Source: Asterias rubens | Lineage: Eukaryota | Assembly (NCBI RefSeq): GCF_902459465.1 | Contig: NC_047070.1 | Span: forward strand, 13,888,001-13,952,000 | DNA length: 64,000 nt | Direction of reading: 5' to 3' | In this document: positions 13,601 through 26,100 of the stretch, one piece after another | Position numbering within the stretch: position 1 is the first letter of the stretch | How the letters are laid out: each line of letters opens with the position of its first letter | Notes under the pieces: generated by a model | Databases searched by the model: none | What the model was told of the DNA's origin: nothing | The model's input: only the letters and a program-made list of their open reading frames with translations | Made by a program: the position numbers and the translations under genes

Positions 13601-16177
13601 GGAAAACCCAAATGGAGAAAAACTACGCTATCGGAGACTGAAAATCCAATCCACATGCACGGCTCCGGACTGAGGTGAAAAGCAGGGCAAGGAGGACTGA
13701 GCAAGCCAGGGGTCGATTTCACAAAGAGTTAGGACTAGTCCTAACTTAGGACTAGTCCTGGGAGATATTCAAATCTTTAGGCTAGTCCTAAAGTTAGGAC
13801 GCATTACTCGTCCTAACTCGAAATAAGACTAGTCTTGACTCTTTGTGAAATCCATCCCGGCGTTATAGGATTTTGAAAAAAAAAATTAGAACAAATTGTC
13901 GGCCATGACATGAGTCCATTTCACTGGGAATTTAGATGTATGTAACACAATTTTCAGCTTTATTATATAGTCGTCTTAGAGAAAAAAAAGTGAAAATCAC
14001 AGCTGAGAAATGTTTTCAGGAGAGTTGTGTACCTCAGCTAGTATAGGTTTTCTCGGTCAATTTCGGAAAATGAGCAGCCAATTTAACCACCAGCCTATTA
14101 TATTTCGCACGAAATCGAATGCTACGAAAAAAAGGTCATTCGATTTCATTTTAAGACTAGTCAAATCTACTTTGACGTCATTCGATTTAACAAAATAATC
14201 ATTCAATTTAACAATTCATCGAAGCTGCATTCAAATTCGCAGGAGTGTTTTTGAGGCGTGTGTTTAGTCATTCAATTTCATTTTGAGGCAGTCAATTCTG
14301 ATATTTGTGCAGTCTTAAAAACGCCTGGTTAACTTGTTGTTTCCTTATACGAATGTTAAAGGCATGCGGTTAATTTGTTTGGCACTCTTGAACATAATAT
14401 GCCAAGATGTCTGGCACGCCAACAGATGGTTGGTGAATATTTACAAAAAACCAACAACTGGAAAAACATTTTAAAAATAGAAATAAATAAAAAAAAAACA
14501 TTCAAACACATTCAAATGTCAAGTCTTGGTCAGTTAACCATTGAAGGTCTCCCGAAAAAATAAAGAAGAAAACAACACTTATTGAGCCCAAGGTAAAGTC
14601 TACTGGAAACATAAAATAAAGAAAATAAGGTTCGCTCGATTTAAAAGTGAAGGTACGAAACGGTTTGCCTTATACAGTTTATCTGTTTATTCGTATTTCT
14701 TTAGTCGTACTTATTTGAATCCTCGGTGAGCGAAATTGATTGCCTCTTTACGAAATTGAAAATGATTAAATCAGCAAATCTCTAGTCGAACCAGCTTTGC
14801 TAAATTAAATGATGATTGTGTGTCATGAAAAAGAATGAGTGTGCTAGGAACTTGAATGCCTCAAAACGAAATTGATTGACCGAATTCTGAATTTTTTAAA
14901 GGCAAAATAGCTTTAATTCGAACGCATGAAAATTAAATTGGCTGCTCATTTGCCGAATTTAACCAAGAAAACCTAAAATATTTTAAGGGAAGATTTCTAC
15001 CATCGAGCCTTTTTAATTTCATGTAAATCTGTGGACATCGTATTTTGTGCTGTATTTAAAGATACCCAAACCCTTTAAACACTTTAACTCCTACATTAAT
15101 AATGCTCCTGGGTTAACGTGTATTGAGGGATAAATCTTTCTTGAATTAATTTTTCCGCAATTACATATCTGCAAGAGTGCGCGTAGTGCGTTGATATCAT
15201 TTCCTGGTATCCTTGGATGTGCATTCGTGCACATGGTCACATCATTGTGGTAATATTTTCCCCTTGACCAGTATTTTAAGTCTAAGGGCACCTGTTACTG
15301 TCCTTGTGTATGTTGTTGTATCTTTGTTTATGTTCCTTTTTATGGTCGCAGGTGGTTTGTTTTGTAACGTTAATTTATTGTTAATTTAAAGCACCGATGT
15401 CCTTAAGCAAGACTATTTATCAAGATGCTTCGTCCTTCGGGTGGGACACAAAGCCGTTGGTCCCGTGTGTTATGTAACGCACACAAAAGAACCCAGAAAA
15501 GAGAAAGGGTTCACCCAAGTGTTCCACAACACAATTACATGGTGCTATGTAAAAGGAGTAGGTATCATAATTCAAACGAAGTGCCACATACCTTGCAGGA
15601 AAATACTGAACGTTGAGGAACATTGAGTGCCACTGAGTGACGGGTATGAATAATAAAATAAAATAATGATAAAATATTAATAAGACTTGTAATGCGCACA
15701 TATCCCCCCTGCTGGGTGTTCAAGGCGCAGTGAACGCAATATAAGAAGCGACTTGTAGTAGTGTTATAATAACTTTTACAGATTATTTTGCAGTGTTATC
15801 TTACTTACGGTTTTTTGTAGTTCAACCACTGGTGACCTCTCCTGCGTTCCGTACCTCCAGCCCTCTTTATCCACTACGTCACCAGGATGGGCCTCTCTGT
15901 GGCTAGCATTCAGTTCACAGATGCCTCCTGTACCCCCGTAATTAATGGAGACACACCTGTCCTCATTTAGGCAAGCAGCCAAACACCTTGTCCAGGATCT
16001 CTGGGTGTTATTCTTGATCACATGGTTAGTTAGAACCTGGTCGTGGGTTGCTTGACGCAAAAGAGCCGACCGGCCAAGGGGACCTGTTCCCGGTTGAGCC
16101 GAGACGGCTTGAAAAGTCATCACAAAGCATGACAAAACCAAAATCATGCTTACAGATACTTTCAAACTTGAAGTCAT
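1097..16177 (-). CDS. Gene A: secreted PAN/apple + mucin-like stalk + two tandem fibrinogen-related (FReD) domains, 711 aa, 9 coding exons
   Basis: Exons in transcript order: 16177-15809, 10323-9888, 9204-9065, 7127-6860, 5976-5725, 5444-5308, 3608-3421, 1702-1629, 1368-1097. All introns are GT..AG with matching phases (0,1,0,1,1,0,2,1); 2136 nt in total. Signal peptide MTSSLKVSVSMILVLSCFVMTFQAVSA; 4-Cys PAN (RCLAACLNEDRC..CEL). FReD motifs occur twice: VYCDM/VYCEM..GGWTVFQRR, FGDL..FWLGND, STxDRDND..C, WWYxAC, EMKIRP. Confidence 0.88.
1829..2920. mobile_element. Non-autonomous hAT-like DNA transposon (1092 bp) in a gene A intron
   Basis: 14-bp TIR CATGGGCGTCAATC / GATTGACGCCCATG. Exact 8-bp TSD GCAACAGC at 1821-1828 and 2921-2928. 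Four internal imperfect units start near 2039, 2323, 2551 and 2799. Confidence 0.85.
2921..3405. repeat. Degenerate (CAA/CAT/CAG)n trinucleotide microsatellite in a gene A intron
   Basis: Continuous caa/cat/cag triplets; continues to the left of the hAT-like element (~1780-1828). It produces the spurious poly-L and poly-V ORFs. Confidence 0.95.
3916..4162 (-). mobile_element. tRNA-derived SINE with Deu/Nin-like central domain
   Basis: Minus-strand head gtgtcgtggccgagcggttaagagcaccgaa (A-box like), gtgtccttaagcaag core, body gatgggacgtaaagccg..gtaaaagaaccc..gcacttatcgaaaagagaaggggttcgccccggtg resembling the DeuSINE domain. Confidence 0.75.
9896..10315 (-). repeat. Coding minisatellite, 15-bp unit x ~28, encoding a (PTTAA)n mucin-like stalk in gene A exon 2
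   Basis: Plus-strand unit gtcggtgctgcagta. Minus-strand translation PTTAA with PTTAE, PSTAA and PITAA variants. It lies within a splice-bounded exon (9888-10323). Confidence 0.95.
10490..11090. repeat. Degenerate ~35-45-bp tandem repeat (acatttaggt..gggctacatttaggtcggg) in gene A intron 1
   Basis: Repeated acatttaggt and gggctac motifs at roughly regular spacing. Confidence 0.8.
12958..13598 (+). mobile_element. 5'-truncated L2/CR1-clade LINE 3' end (RT C-terminal region, 3'UTR, (ATT)n tail), antisense in gene A intron 1
   Basis: ORF motifs SRLDYANSLL, LQRVQNRAAKLI, HVTPLLKELHWLPVQQRITFKIL, APCLWNNIP, FKRAIKTLLF; (att)n tail at 13557-13598. Confidence 0.9.
15395..15770 (+). mobile_element. 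DeuSINE-like SINE, 5'-truncated
   Basis: tgtccttaagcaagac..cttcgtccttcgggtgggac..aaaagaaccc body shared with 3916-4162 and 26190-26575. Confidence 0.7.
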
Positions 16178-17696
16178 CTTGACATCAGAACGACGATGGT
16201 GGACCAATCTCAGAAACAACTATTTCAACAGTTATTTGACTCAACTTTTCATAGCGTTTTCGTCCTGTCACCATCTACCGGTTCTTCGTGAGTCCAAGTC
16301 AGTTTCAATAATAAAGAACAGCTTATCATGAAACAGTAACTCTAAAGCAAACTCCGCCTTGTTTGTGTTAGTGACTGACGTTATTTTTCCAGCCAAACAC
16401 ATCAACTAAGATGGTTGCCTTGACAAGTGGAGTCATTCGCGTCAATAAAAATTAATTTTAACAAAACAAACAACAGGTTAAGACATACGGCTGTGCACCA
16501 GAGACCTATGTTTCGCCAGACAATAAAAACATGGTTTTACTGTGTGACGCACACTACTGATAGAGCACGAAATACCACTAGTAGCTAAAAGAACGATCGC
16601 TCGATGCATAAATTATGGTAAAAAGCCATTGTGTTGTGTGAGTGTTGCTCTGAATTGATTTCAAGCTGTGAAGGCTGTTTTTGCTTCTAAATTGGCCATT
16701 ATTAATATTAGGGTCAAATAGATCAGAACTATTTTACCTAAACGAATTTCGTGTTTTAGCGATCGTATTTTGACGTCGGTAAAATTTGTTCTAAAATAAT
16801 ATTTATAATCGATTTCTTCTTACTTCCTATGGAAATTGTATATTAATAAGTAATTTTGTAACTAATTTGAAACACCCGGAGTAAAAAATTGTGTTATTAG
16901 ATACCATAGACCACTTGCTACCATTGAATGGGTATATTTTGCCTTTACACAATGAATTTATAATATTGTACTGATTAAAATGTTGTTTTAGTGATCATAC
17001 AGTATCAAATTGTGCTCGACACTGATAATTAACTGCTTACTATTATGACAAACGAACATGTGCTCAGAAATGTGTCGTTCAAGAAGAAACAAAAGGGATT
17101 AAATTATTATTTATCCCGCCCTCCTCGTCTTCCATTTTTAATTATTTATGTTTTAGTTTTTGTTTTTGTTCTCGGAGTTCTTTTGATGAGCGCTGTATTC
17201 ACTAATTGTGTAGCAATATCGTCCAAATCGATGTTTGTCTTTGAAGACATCGATTTAACGATGTCAAGCTTCCTCATGTAACACCAACACATGGGCATTT
17301 CTCAGGCACTTGACTTGAACGGACAAGTAGGCTATGAATACATTTTGTACATGGTCAGGTTTCATGCCTTTTTTTAACATTTTAGTCTCGTTTTATCGTT
17401 TCGGAAATGTTCAATGCTGTATAGCGCCTCGGGGTTAGTTTAGCGTGTGGTGCTCATTACAGTTGTACAATACATATAGTTATTATTATAATGAATGATT
17501 GAACGTTTTACTTCGGGTTGGTTTTTATTCTGTAGTAGCAATAGCTTGCCAAATACCTGCATATTCAGGTTTGATTCGTGTTGTGTCCATACCTGTTTGA
17601 AGGCAATGTAAACTTTCTGTTTTCGACTTGTGGCCGAATATGACCACTCATTGATAGGGTAGGTAGGTTTCAAGGAGTTAAGTCCTTATAGTTTAA

Positions 17697-18069
17697 AGAC
17701 AGTGGACACTATTGGTAATTGTCAAAGACCAGTCTTCTCACTTGGTGTATCTCAACATATGCATAAAATAACACCTGTGAAAATTTGAGCTCGATTGGTC
17801 GTCGGAGTTGCGAGATAACTGTGGAAAAAAAACACCCTTGTCACACGAAGTTGTGTGCTTTCAGATGCTTGATTTCGAGACCTTAAGTTCTAAACTTGAG
17901 GTCTCGAAATCAAATTTGTGGAAAATTACCTCTTTCTCGAAAACTATGTTACTTCAGAGGGAGTCGTTTCTCACAATGTTTTATACTATCAACCTCTACC
18001 CATTACTCAAACAAGAAAGGTTTTATGGTGATAATTATTTTGAGTAATTACCAATAGTATCCACTGCCT
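17697..18069. mobile_element. TTAA-flanked MITE family K1 (Kolobok-like)
   Basis: TIR AG(G/A)CAGTGGACACTATTGGTAATT, TTAA on both sides, AG..CT termini. Confidence 0.8.
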
Positions 18070-18829
18070 TTAAAGTCGGCCGAATAGCCCAACCCAGATT
18101 CAGCTCATTTAGCTCTTTTGTAATTGACTAACGATGGCTTGACGGTTGGGGCTCCATACCCACGAAAAACAGTAAGCTGTCATATCAATGGATGATGTCA
18201 TCGTCAGACAATCACCGTGCAGGAAAACTATGCTGTTTAATGGTTGACTTTTGGTCGTAACGGGAGTTATGGACTACCGGTGGAAATTGCTGTATCCGGA
18301 CTGGACTAGCTACGATCCGGTCTCGCTTTTAATATTTCCGGGGAGAATCATGAAATAATTTATCCATATTATACTTATTAGGAACTGTTGCCGACATTCA
18401 TAACGGGAGAATTTGCCATGTTTTTGTGACTTGTTTTCTTTCTTTTTTAAGCATATTTTTACGTATAATTTTCTCTTTTGAAAATTTGAGTTGCACCGAT
18501 TTTTTCATACATAACGCCAGATATGGTCTTCGTTTCAATTTACTGGTACATTAATTTGGTTGAGACTTTTCAGAAAAGGCCGAAAATGAACGATTTCCAG
18601 AAGCCCTTTTGATTAATTAAATATGAGTTTTGAATCATTTCAAGTGCATATGAATGATTTAAAGCTCGACACGTTTTAACTCAAGTACACAACCTTAGTT
18701 CGAGCCCACGTATGGATCTTAAATGTACAAAAAAAGTAATCAAAGCATTTCTTGTGTGCATTTCTTTGTGTTTTTTTTTCATTGTATGTCCCTTAAGGTG
18801 CTCTTTATTGTACTCACTGTTATTAATAT

Positions 18830-19520
18830 TATTCTGATTGTGCTGATTGTTCTGATTGTTTTTTTTTGTGATTGTTCGAATTAATCTGATTGGTCTAACT
18901 GTCATAATTCTTCTGATTGTTCTGATTGTTCTGATCGTTCTGATTATTCTGGTTAATCTGATCATTCTGGTTAATCTGATCGTTCTGATTGTTCTGATTG
19001 TTTTAATTATTCTGATTGTGCTGATTGTTGTAATTGCTCTATTTTCTGTGATTGTTCGAATTAATTTGATTGGGCTTACGTTGATGATTGTTCTGATCAT
19101 TCTGGTTAATCTGATATCTGATTGTTCTGATTGCTTTTTTTGTAATTGTTCGAATTAATCTGATTGGTCTAAATGTCATAATTCTTCTGATTGTTCTGAT
19201 TGTTCTGATCATTCTGATTGTTCTGATTATTCTGATTATTCTAATTGTCCTAATTGTTCTGTTATTGTTTTGAATGATTTGATTGTTCTGATTATTCTGA
19301 TTGTTCTAATTGTTGTAGTTGTTCTGATCATTCTGATTGTTCTGATTGTTCTAATTATTCCAATTGTTCTGATTAATCAGATTATTCTAATTGTTCTAAT
19401 TGTTCTGATTATTCTAATTGTTCTGATTGTTCTAATTATTCTGATTTTTCTGATTGTTCTGATTATTCTGATCGTTCTGATTGTTCTGATTGTTCTGATT
19501 GTTCTGTTTTTCTGTAATTC
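18830..19520. repeat. Non-coding 9-bp minisatellite (ctgattgtt)n with longer duplicated blocks
   Basis: ctgattgtt / ctaattatt units; the block ttcgaattaat(c/t)tgattgg recurs near 18875, 19055 and 19150. Confidence 0.9.
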
Positions 19521-20714
19521 TGATTTGTCTGCATGCTTTAACTCAGTTCTGCCTGTTCTTGTACGTTTGCTTTATGGAGGTCTCTTTAATACGTATCGCA
19601 TAAAACCCACTAATTGATTTCCAGGGCTACTCCGACACTGTTTTGTTGCTTCGCAAGCGAGTTTGGTACCATCAGAAGGTAGTGTAATTCAATAACGAAC
19701 ATATAGCGTTTGTCTTCCATTACCGTTATGCAGCAGTGTAAGTCACAGGCTAGCATGGCTGGCGTCAGGCTGTATTGTTATACATCAGTCTGGAGGTCGA
19801 CTTCACCAATCGATGCGAAGTGGCGACTTGGTAATAAACTGGACAAGGCTAATGTATTGGGATTATTGCCTGGGAAGGATAAAGACAAATACGCCAGAGC
19901 TATTAGCTGCTATAATCTTAGTACCGCAGTGCCGTTTCGTCATTATTATTTTAACATTTAATCGCAAAGGGTATTGCAATTGACACGATTGTCTTAACAG
20001 ACACGTTCATATTACACATTGTTGACTTTGCCAAAGAGAGAATTTATTCATTTTTATAAATAAAATGAAACCGTCTTCTTGTTTTTACAAACAAACACCC
20101 CAACAAACAAACACCCCAACAAACAAACAGTCTACCAACTAATCAAACAAGGAGGCATCAGACTGGTTAACATCACATTGTGGCCCAAACCAATGGAAAC
20201 GACTAGTCTTCGCATCAAGTCACCACCTCACGTTGCCTTTGTGCAATTGTATATACCTCGTTTGTAAAATAAATAAAGGTGTGCACGACAATTTTACCTT
20301 TGACATCTTGTTGATCCTGAATTGTCTCACCCGTATTAAGAAACCTTTTTTGTTTTGCGTCAACTAGTAATAATATTGTGAATTCCCTAAAACTACCTGA
20401 GAGCTGTAAGACAGTGTTGTAGTCAAGACCGGTACACCCAAGACCAAGATCTAGACCAAGACTAGCATGTCAAAGCGGATGACCTACAACACTGATATAA
20501 GACAATTTGTTTGTTGATACAATTTACATATTTATTAATAAACAGGGCCCAATTTCATGGCTCTGCTTACCGTAAGCACAGAGTTGGCGGTTACGGAAGC
20601 ATTTTACGCTTACAGGGCTAGCTCAGATATTCGGGGCTTGCACGTAAGCGGGGAATTGTGATCGTAAGCGCATAATTTGGGCCCTAATCTATAACCTCAT
20701 GAATCCGCACTTAA

Positions 20715-21063
20715 AGGCAGTGGACACTATTGGTAATTACTCCCAAAAAAATCATCATAAAACCTTAATTGGTAACGAGTAATGGGGAGAGGTTGATGGT
20801 ATAAAACATTGTGAGAAACGGCTCCCTCTGAAGTGACATAGTTTTCGAGAAAGAAGTAATTTTCCACGAATTTGATATTGAGACCTCAAGTTTAGAACTT
20901 GAGGTCGCGAAATCAAGCATCTGAACGCACACAACCTCATTATTATCTCGCAACTTCGACGACCGATTGAGCTCAAATTTTCACAGGTTTGTTATACTAT
21001 GCAGTTGAGATACACCAAGTGTGAAGACTAGTCTTTGACAATTACCAATAGTGTCCACTGTCT
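20715..21063. mobile_element. MITE family K1, opposite orientation
   Basis: Same TIRs and TTAA flanks; the interior is the reverse complement of the 17697 copy. Confidence 0.8.
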
Positions 21064-21391
21064 TTAACAAAAATTAACCAGGCTGTCTATCATTTCAAAT
21101 TAATTGTCATTTAATTTCGCTACAAGATAGAAGAATAGAAGAAGGTTTCATCCAATTACACAAGTCGTATTCATTGGGGATTGGTTTATGCACAACCAAT
21201 GAATACCAATTTGGACTTGCAAGCAATCTTAACCCAGACCGCGGCCAGCAAATTATCACGAATTAAAAATGGTAAGACCAATAATTTCAAAACATAGTCC
21301 CATTTCTTATTCTTTGTCAGCTTTGAAATGTCAACAGTTCTGGTTGTGACACAGTCTGTTGTCACTCATCGGGGCTCGAATAGAGCAGGGC

Positions 21392-21619
21392 CCAATGTCA
21401 TGGCTCTGCTTACCGCCAAATTCTGTGCTTACAGTTGCAATTATCCGCTTACGTGCTGCTAGCCTTGTAACGTGGAGAGTGCCTAGTAACGCTGAGTACG
21501 CACGCGCACGAGCCAAAACTCGCCGCTAACCCGTGAAATACGCTGGACGTAAGCGCAGACTTCCCTGCTTCCGTAAGCGCCGATTATTTGCTTACGGAGC
21601 AGAGCCAAGGAATTGGGCC
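21392..21619. mobile_element. PIF/Harbinger-like MITE
   Basis: TIR ggcccaat(t)tc / gaattgggcc with a 3-bp CAG duplication on both sides. Relatives at ~20546-20683 and ~47229-47454; similar family at ~13711-13857 and ~4553-4672. Confidence 0.6.
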
Positions 21620-23186
21620 CAGTTATCCTAGTCGACTGGAAGGGAAAACACGCACTGAGTGGCACAGCCACGATGGCCCTTTTACAACTTGCATGTGGTT
21701 TATTATTATTATTTGATTATTATAAATCTAGACTTTTGTTTCCCATTTGGTATAAAAAGCAAAGCGACGGGGTCAGCGGGTCAGCATACAATAAGGGAAT
21801 CAATGTGTGGTGATGAGGTTTTCAACTAGTGGTTTAATTAAATCCCCAACGAGGCCTGGTTCTTGATAATTTTACCGAGACGAGGTCGAGGTAAATTATC
21901 AAGAACCAGGCCTCGGCGCAGTCGGCAGGTTTAAACCACCAGTTGAAAACCGATTCAACATAATTTGATTCCCATTCAAATACCTTTTCGGTCAAAAAAC
22001 ATCACCACTTATGGTCAAAAAGTTAAACAAATGCAAAAATTATAATTTTTCAATGATTTCTATCAACACAACACCACTCCAGCTATTAAATGGTAAAGCC
22101 CTCCGCCGCCCTCTGATAAACAACTCCTTTAATATAAGGGAATGCTGTGCGCGTCGCGCGTATCGCGTGATGTGGCACAACTGTCTCGGCCGTTGCTCTC
22201 GACCAATAGGAATGAAGAAACTGTCTTATAAGAACATGTGCAAACTCGTGTGTCACGCCAATGTTTCAACACTTTTTACTGGTCATAAACAAAGGTTTAT
22301 ACACACCCACGTGACGTGCTCTCCACCAATAGGAATAGCGAAACTGTCTGAGGTATTTATGAATAATAAATTATGCACACTGTCTGTGAAAACAACAATC
22401 ATCCATTTTGGGTTTCGTTTATAAAACGTTTTTGGGTATAATGCAATCTCTTCTCTTTCATTCACACTTCCTTTTGTTGATCCTTCATTCCCTTTTATAA
22501 ACTTATTATAAAAACTGACCCACTTCCATGTTCGTCTGAATTGATTTCTTACTTTTTTGGTATTTTCCTGTAACCCTTCCAAAACAAAATGGACTAAACT
22601 AGAGAAAGTCCGCGTTTTGATTGGTTAATCGTTCTGATTGGTTAATCGTACTTTTGAATAACGCACGTTTCATAACCTATGAATCATTCATAGAACAATA
22701 GACTTGTGGACAAGTCGTTAAATGTCTGTCTCGGTGATAGCGTTCCGACTCTCCCATTAGAATCCCGCGGTATTCTACTACTGCTGTCACGACTACATGG
22801 GGAGTAGAAGTCGGCAACCAGCATTTCGCGCGAGAGCAGTGATCTCGCAATAGCACCGCCACAACTCAGTTTGTCTTTTGTCCTCGCTATTCAATGGGTG
22901 TTTGTAGGCTGTTTATATTTTAATGACTACATTGTCTCAATTTTCCATTCCAAATGCAATGCCTTTAATAAATCACATAACAATTTAAAATAATAACAAC
23001 AACAAGTTTGTCTGACGGCAGACAAACTGACTAGTTTATAATGAAGTCTAAAGTTGAATTTTAATGAGTGTGTATTGTTCTTGCCTCGTTGTTGTCTTAA
23101 CCGATGGAAAATTGATATTGTCTTGCCACAGACTACCTGAAAGGGTATGTAGTCTCAAATCAATCAATTTTATGTTTATGGTCTGT

Positions 23187-26100
23187 TTAGCCGGCACTTA
23201 GTGGCTTTATTTTCATTTCTACTTCCATTAAGGAGACGGACTCCCCAGGCCATGTCTTCCACACCATGCCACGACCGGGTGAAATACTGGCAGATGTTCG
23301 TGGACCATTCAGGTTAGACGTATGGCAGGAGTTGTACCACCAAGCTCCCTGGTACACCTCGGCACAATTGGTTCCGATGGCGTTGTCGTTGTCCTTGTCG
23401 TGGGTTGTCCATTGCATTCCATTGTGAGTCGCTATCAGTGAATCACCTACGAAAGAATGACACAAAAACATCATTGTTTTGTTGGTTGGGATTCTACAGG
23501 CGCATTATAATAGTCTTTGTAAAGTTTGCGATAGAAAAAGAGAATCACTGGTGAACGTACTTGAGTAATTTGTCTTCTGGTTTGTTGAGTGGTATTAAAC
23601 AAAATCACAACAATAATTGGAAATAACAACACAGCAGCGTGACTTTTTAATAAACTAACAGTTGTAAAGGCTAGTTTATTTATCTAATTTTATTTTAAAA
23701 CTTGTTTCTGGGATGCGATTTGTAAGTGATTGTCAATTCAATTCAATTATATTCAATTATTTTATTGCCACACAGATATAATATATACATATACAGTGAA
23801 ATTCACTTCGGCTTGCGAGTCTAAATGTATTAAAAATTACAAAAATACAGAAAACCCTTAAACCACATAGGCATACAATAACGAACAAATAAACAGTATG
23901 CGCACTTTATGCAGAGAGACGATTACAGTAAAAAAAAAAAAAAAATGCAAACCACCGAAAACAAATTAAAAAGTATTAATCATTAAGTAATCTTATTACA
24001 CTGGGATAAAAACTTTTAGGGGTTGTAATCTTTTAGAAACAGAAACAAATACCAGAACAGGACTAAAATCGGTGACATTTCGTTTTATGACGGCTTTCTA
24101 CCAATGAGCTACGGTAGCTATCTTGCCCTAATATCGGTGATCACCTATCTTTCTTCGTCGTGCACTTGGAATCCATACTTCCTTCTTGTAACTACTATAT
24201 TATTATAGCGAGAGTTTACAGCCAAGTTTAAGATAGAATATGAGCTGTGAAACATTACCTCCAGTTCCAGTAAAGCCACTAACCGTCAGTCGATAGTTGT
24301 CCGCTTCGTTGTTCACTCGAAACTCACTGTATCTACAAGACAACAACAACAAAACTATTTCGCTTGGGTCGTTCTTATCTATTCAATTACGGGGAAATAT
24401 TATTTGGTTTTAACCCTAACACCGATGTATGTGGAGCATTGTATACCCGGGGGGGGGGGGCTATTCATTCCGCCCAATTTAAATTTAACTCTTTAGTGCC
24501 TAACGTGCACATAATGTGTGTACACTTTTATTTTGTTTTCTTATTCCCTGATACTTTATCCGATTTGTTTTTTTAAATGTGCATTAAGAATGCCTGTTGA
24601 CTTTGGTGAGTAATATGAATATAACAACATAAATATTAAACTTGCGGGTACAATCATGTATTGAATCTCTTTTTAAAGGCAGTGTACACTATTGGTAATT
24701 GTCAAAGACTAGCCTTCACAGTTGGTGTCTCTCAACATATGCATATAATAACAACCCTGTGAAAATTTGAGCTCAATCGGTCATCGAACTTGTGAGATAA
24801 TAATGAAAGAAAAAACACCCTTGTCACACGAAGTTGTGTGCGTTTAGATGGTTGATTTCGAGACCTCAAGTTCAAAACTTGAGGTCTTGGAATAAAATTC
24901 GTGGAAAATTACTTCTTTCTCAAAAACTATGGCACTTCAGAGGGAGCCGTTTCTCACAATGTTTTATACCATCAACCTCTCCCCATTACTCGTCACCAAG
25001 AAAGGTTTTATGCTAATAAATTACGAATAGTGGCCACTGCCTTTAAGAGACATGTTGGCTCTGAAACGTAGAGGGCCAATACTCCCTCAAGAAGAGGTTC
25101 AATGTTCAGTACATGGTTGTACCCGTTATTGTACTATTCATGTGTAGTTCATTTGTATCTACTAAATAATAGTTAGAATTCAATATTGTTTTGTTCGTTT
25201 CTCTTCGATGCTTTCGGCAAAACAAGTCTGTACAATTTAAATTAGATAAACAGAAAACACTGACGAGACAAAGTCTTGCTGCCACCAATAGCTGCAAGTG
25301 AAATATCCACCTACTTGGCAAATTTGACTTCACCGTACCAGTCCACCAGTGGAATACGCAACTGGTAGTCGTCTTGATTTGTCAAGAGGTAAATGAGATC
25401 TAATCCGAGCCAGAAATCGGAATCATTGTCATCAATGATACCAAAGCCCATCTTGTAAGACGCCCAGTTGCGATAGAAGTCGACAGCGTTGACCCGCCTC
25501 TGTATCGTCTGTGGATGAAAATAGGGGACACAGATTCCAATAAAAAAATGTCAAAGAAAATCATTTGGTCTTACATCTTTTGAGACTATCTGTTTGTATA
25601 TCAGCCACGCGAGCAGGCTCATAAAAGGCACTCGAATTGTCACCCTCACCCAAATCTTCTATTCTAATCTTGTTTTCTTCTTTCTTTCTCTTTTTGTCTT
25701 TTTGTTTGCATTAGTTCTGTCTGTGTTTTCTTTTTAACAGACATTTGCCAAGCGTATGTCCCAGCACAGACGGGGTTGTGGAGACTCTGTCATCTTTACG
25801 AACCTAAAAACCTCAAACCACTCCTTCAACAACGAGAACAATGTTGTCTTGGAAAGAGAGGCAAGGTGTTTGGAAAGAGGAGTGAAAGAGGCGATCTACA
25901 TGAAGAGGGAGGGATCCGGACCATCACAAAACAGAGAAGGTTGTCTGCGGGGGGCCTATAGTGTAGCTATAAGAAGATCACTCGACGTCTGCACGGTTCA
26001 GTAACCCTGAAACGGGTCACCAACCTTTTGCCGCCTAAAGATCAGTCGACCGGATAGGACGTGAAAGTGTCGTCAGTTTAGAAATAGTAAGTCAAGTTAT

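Noticed and set aside
17808-18047. Recurring short ORFs of the '[14 protein letters not shown]' type (also 20755, 41800, 55105, 63306)
   Set aside because: These are chance frames in the K1 MITE interior, with variable stops and frameshifts between copies.
18681-19617. TIR/LIV-repeat ORFs as membrane or repeat proteins
   Set aside because: They are products of a 9-bp minisatellite, with no splice signals or homologous motifs.
20285-20340. Minus-strand GETI..DVKG stretch resembling a FReD first exon (possible third lectin gene)
   Set aside because: The similarity is too short, the CYD and YCxM motifs are missing, and no companion exons were found between 16.2 and 23.1 kb.
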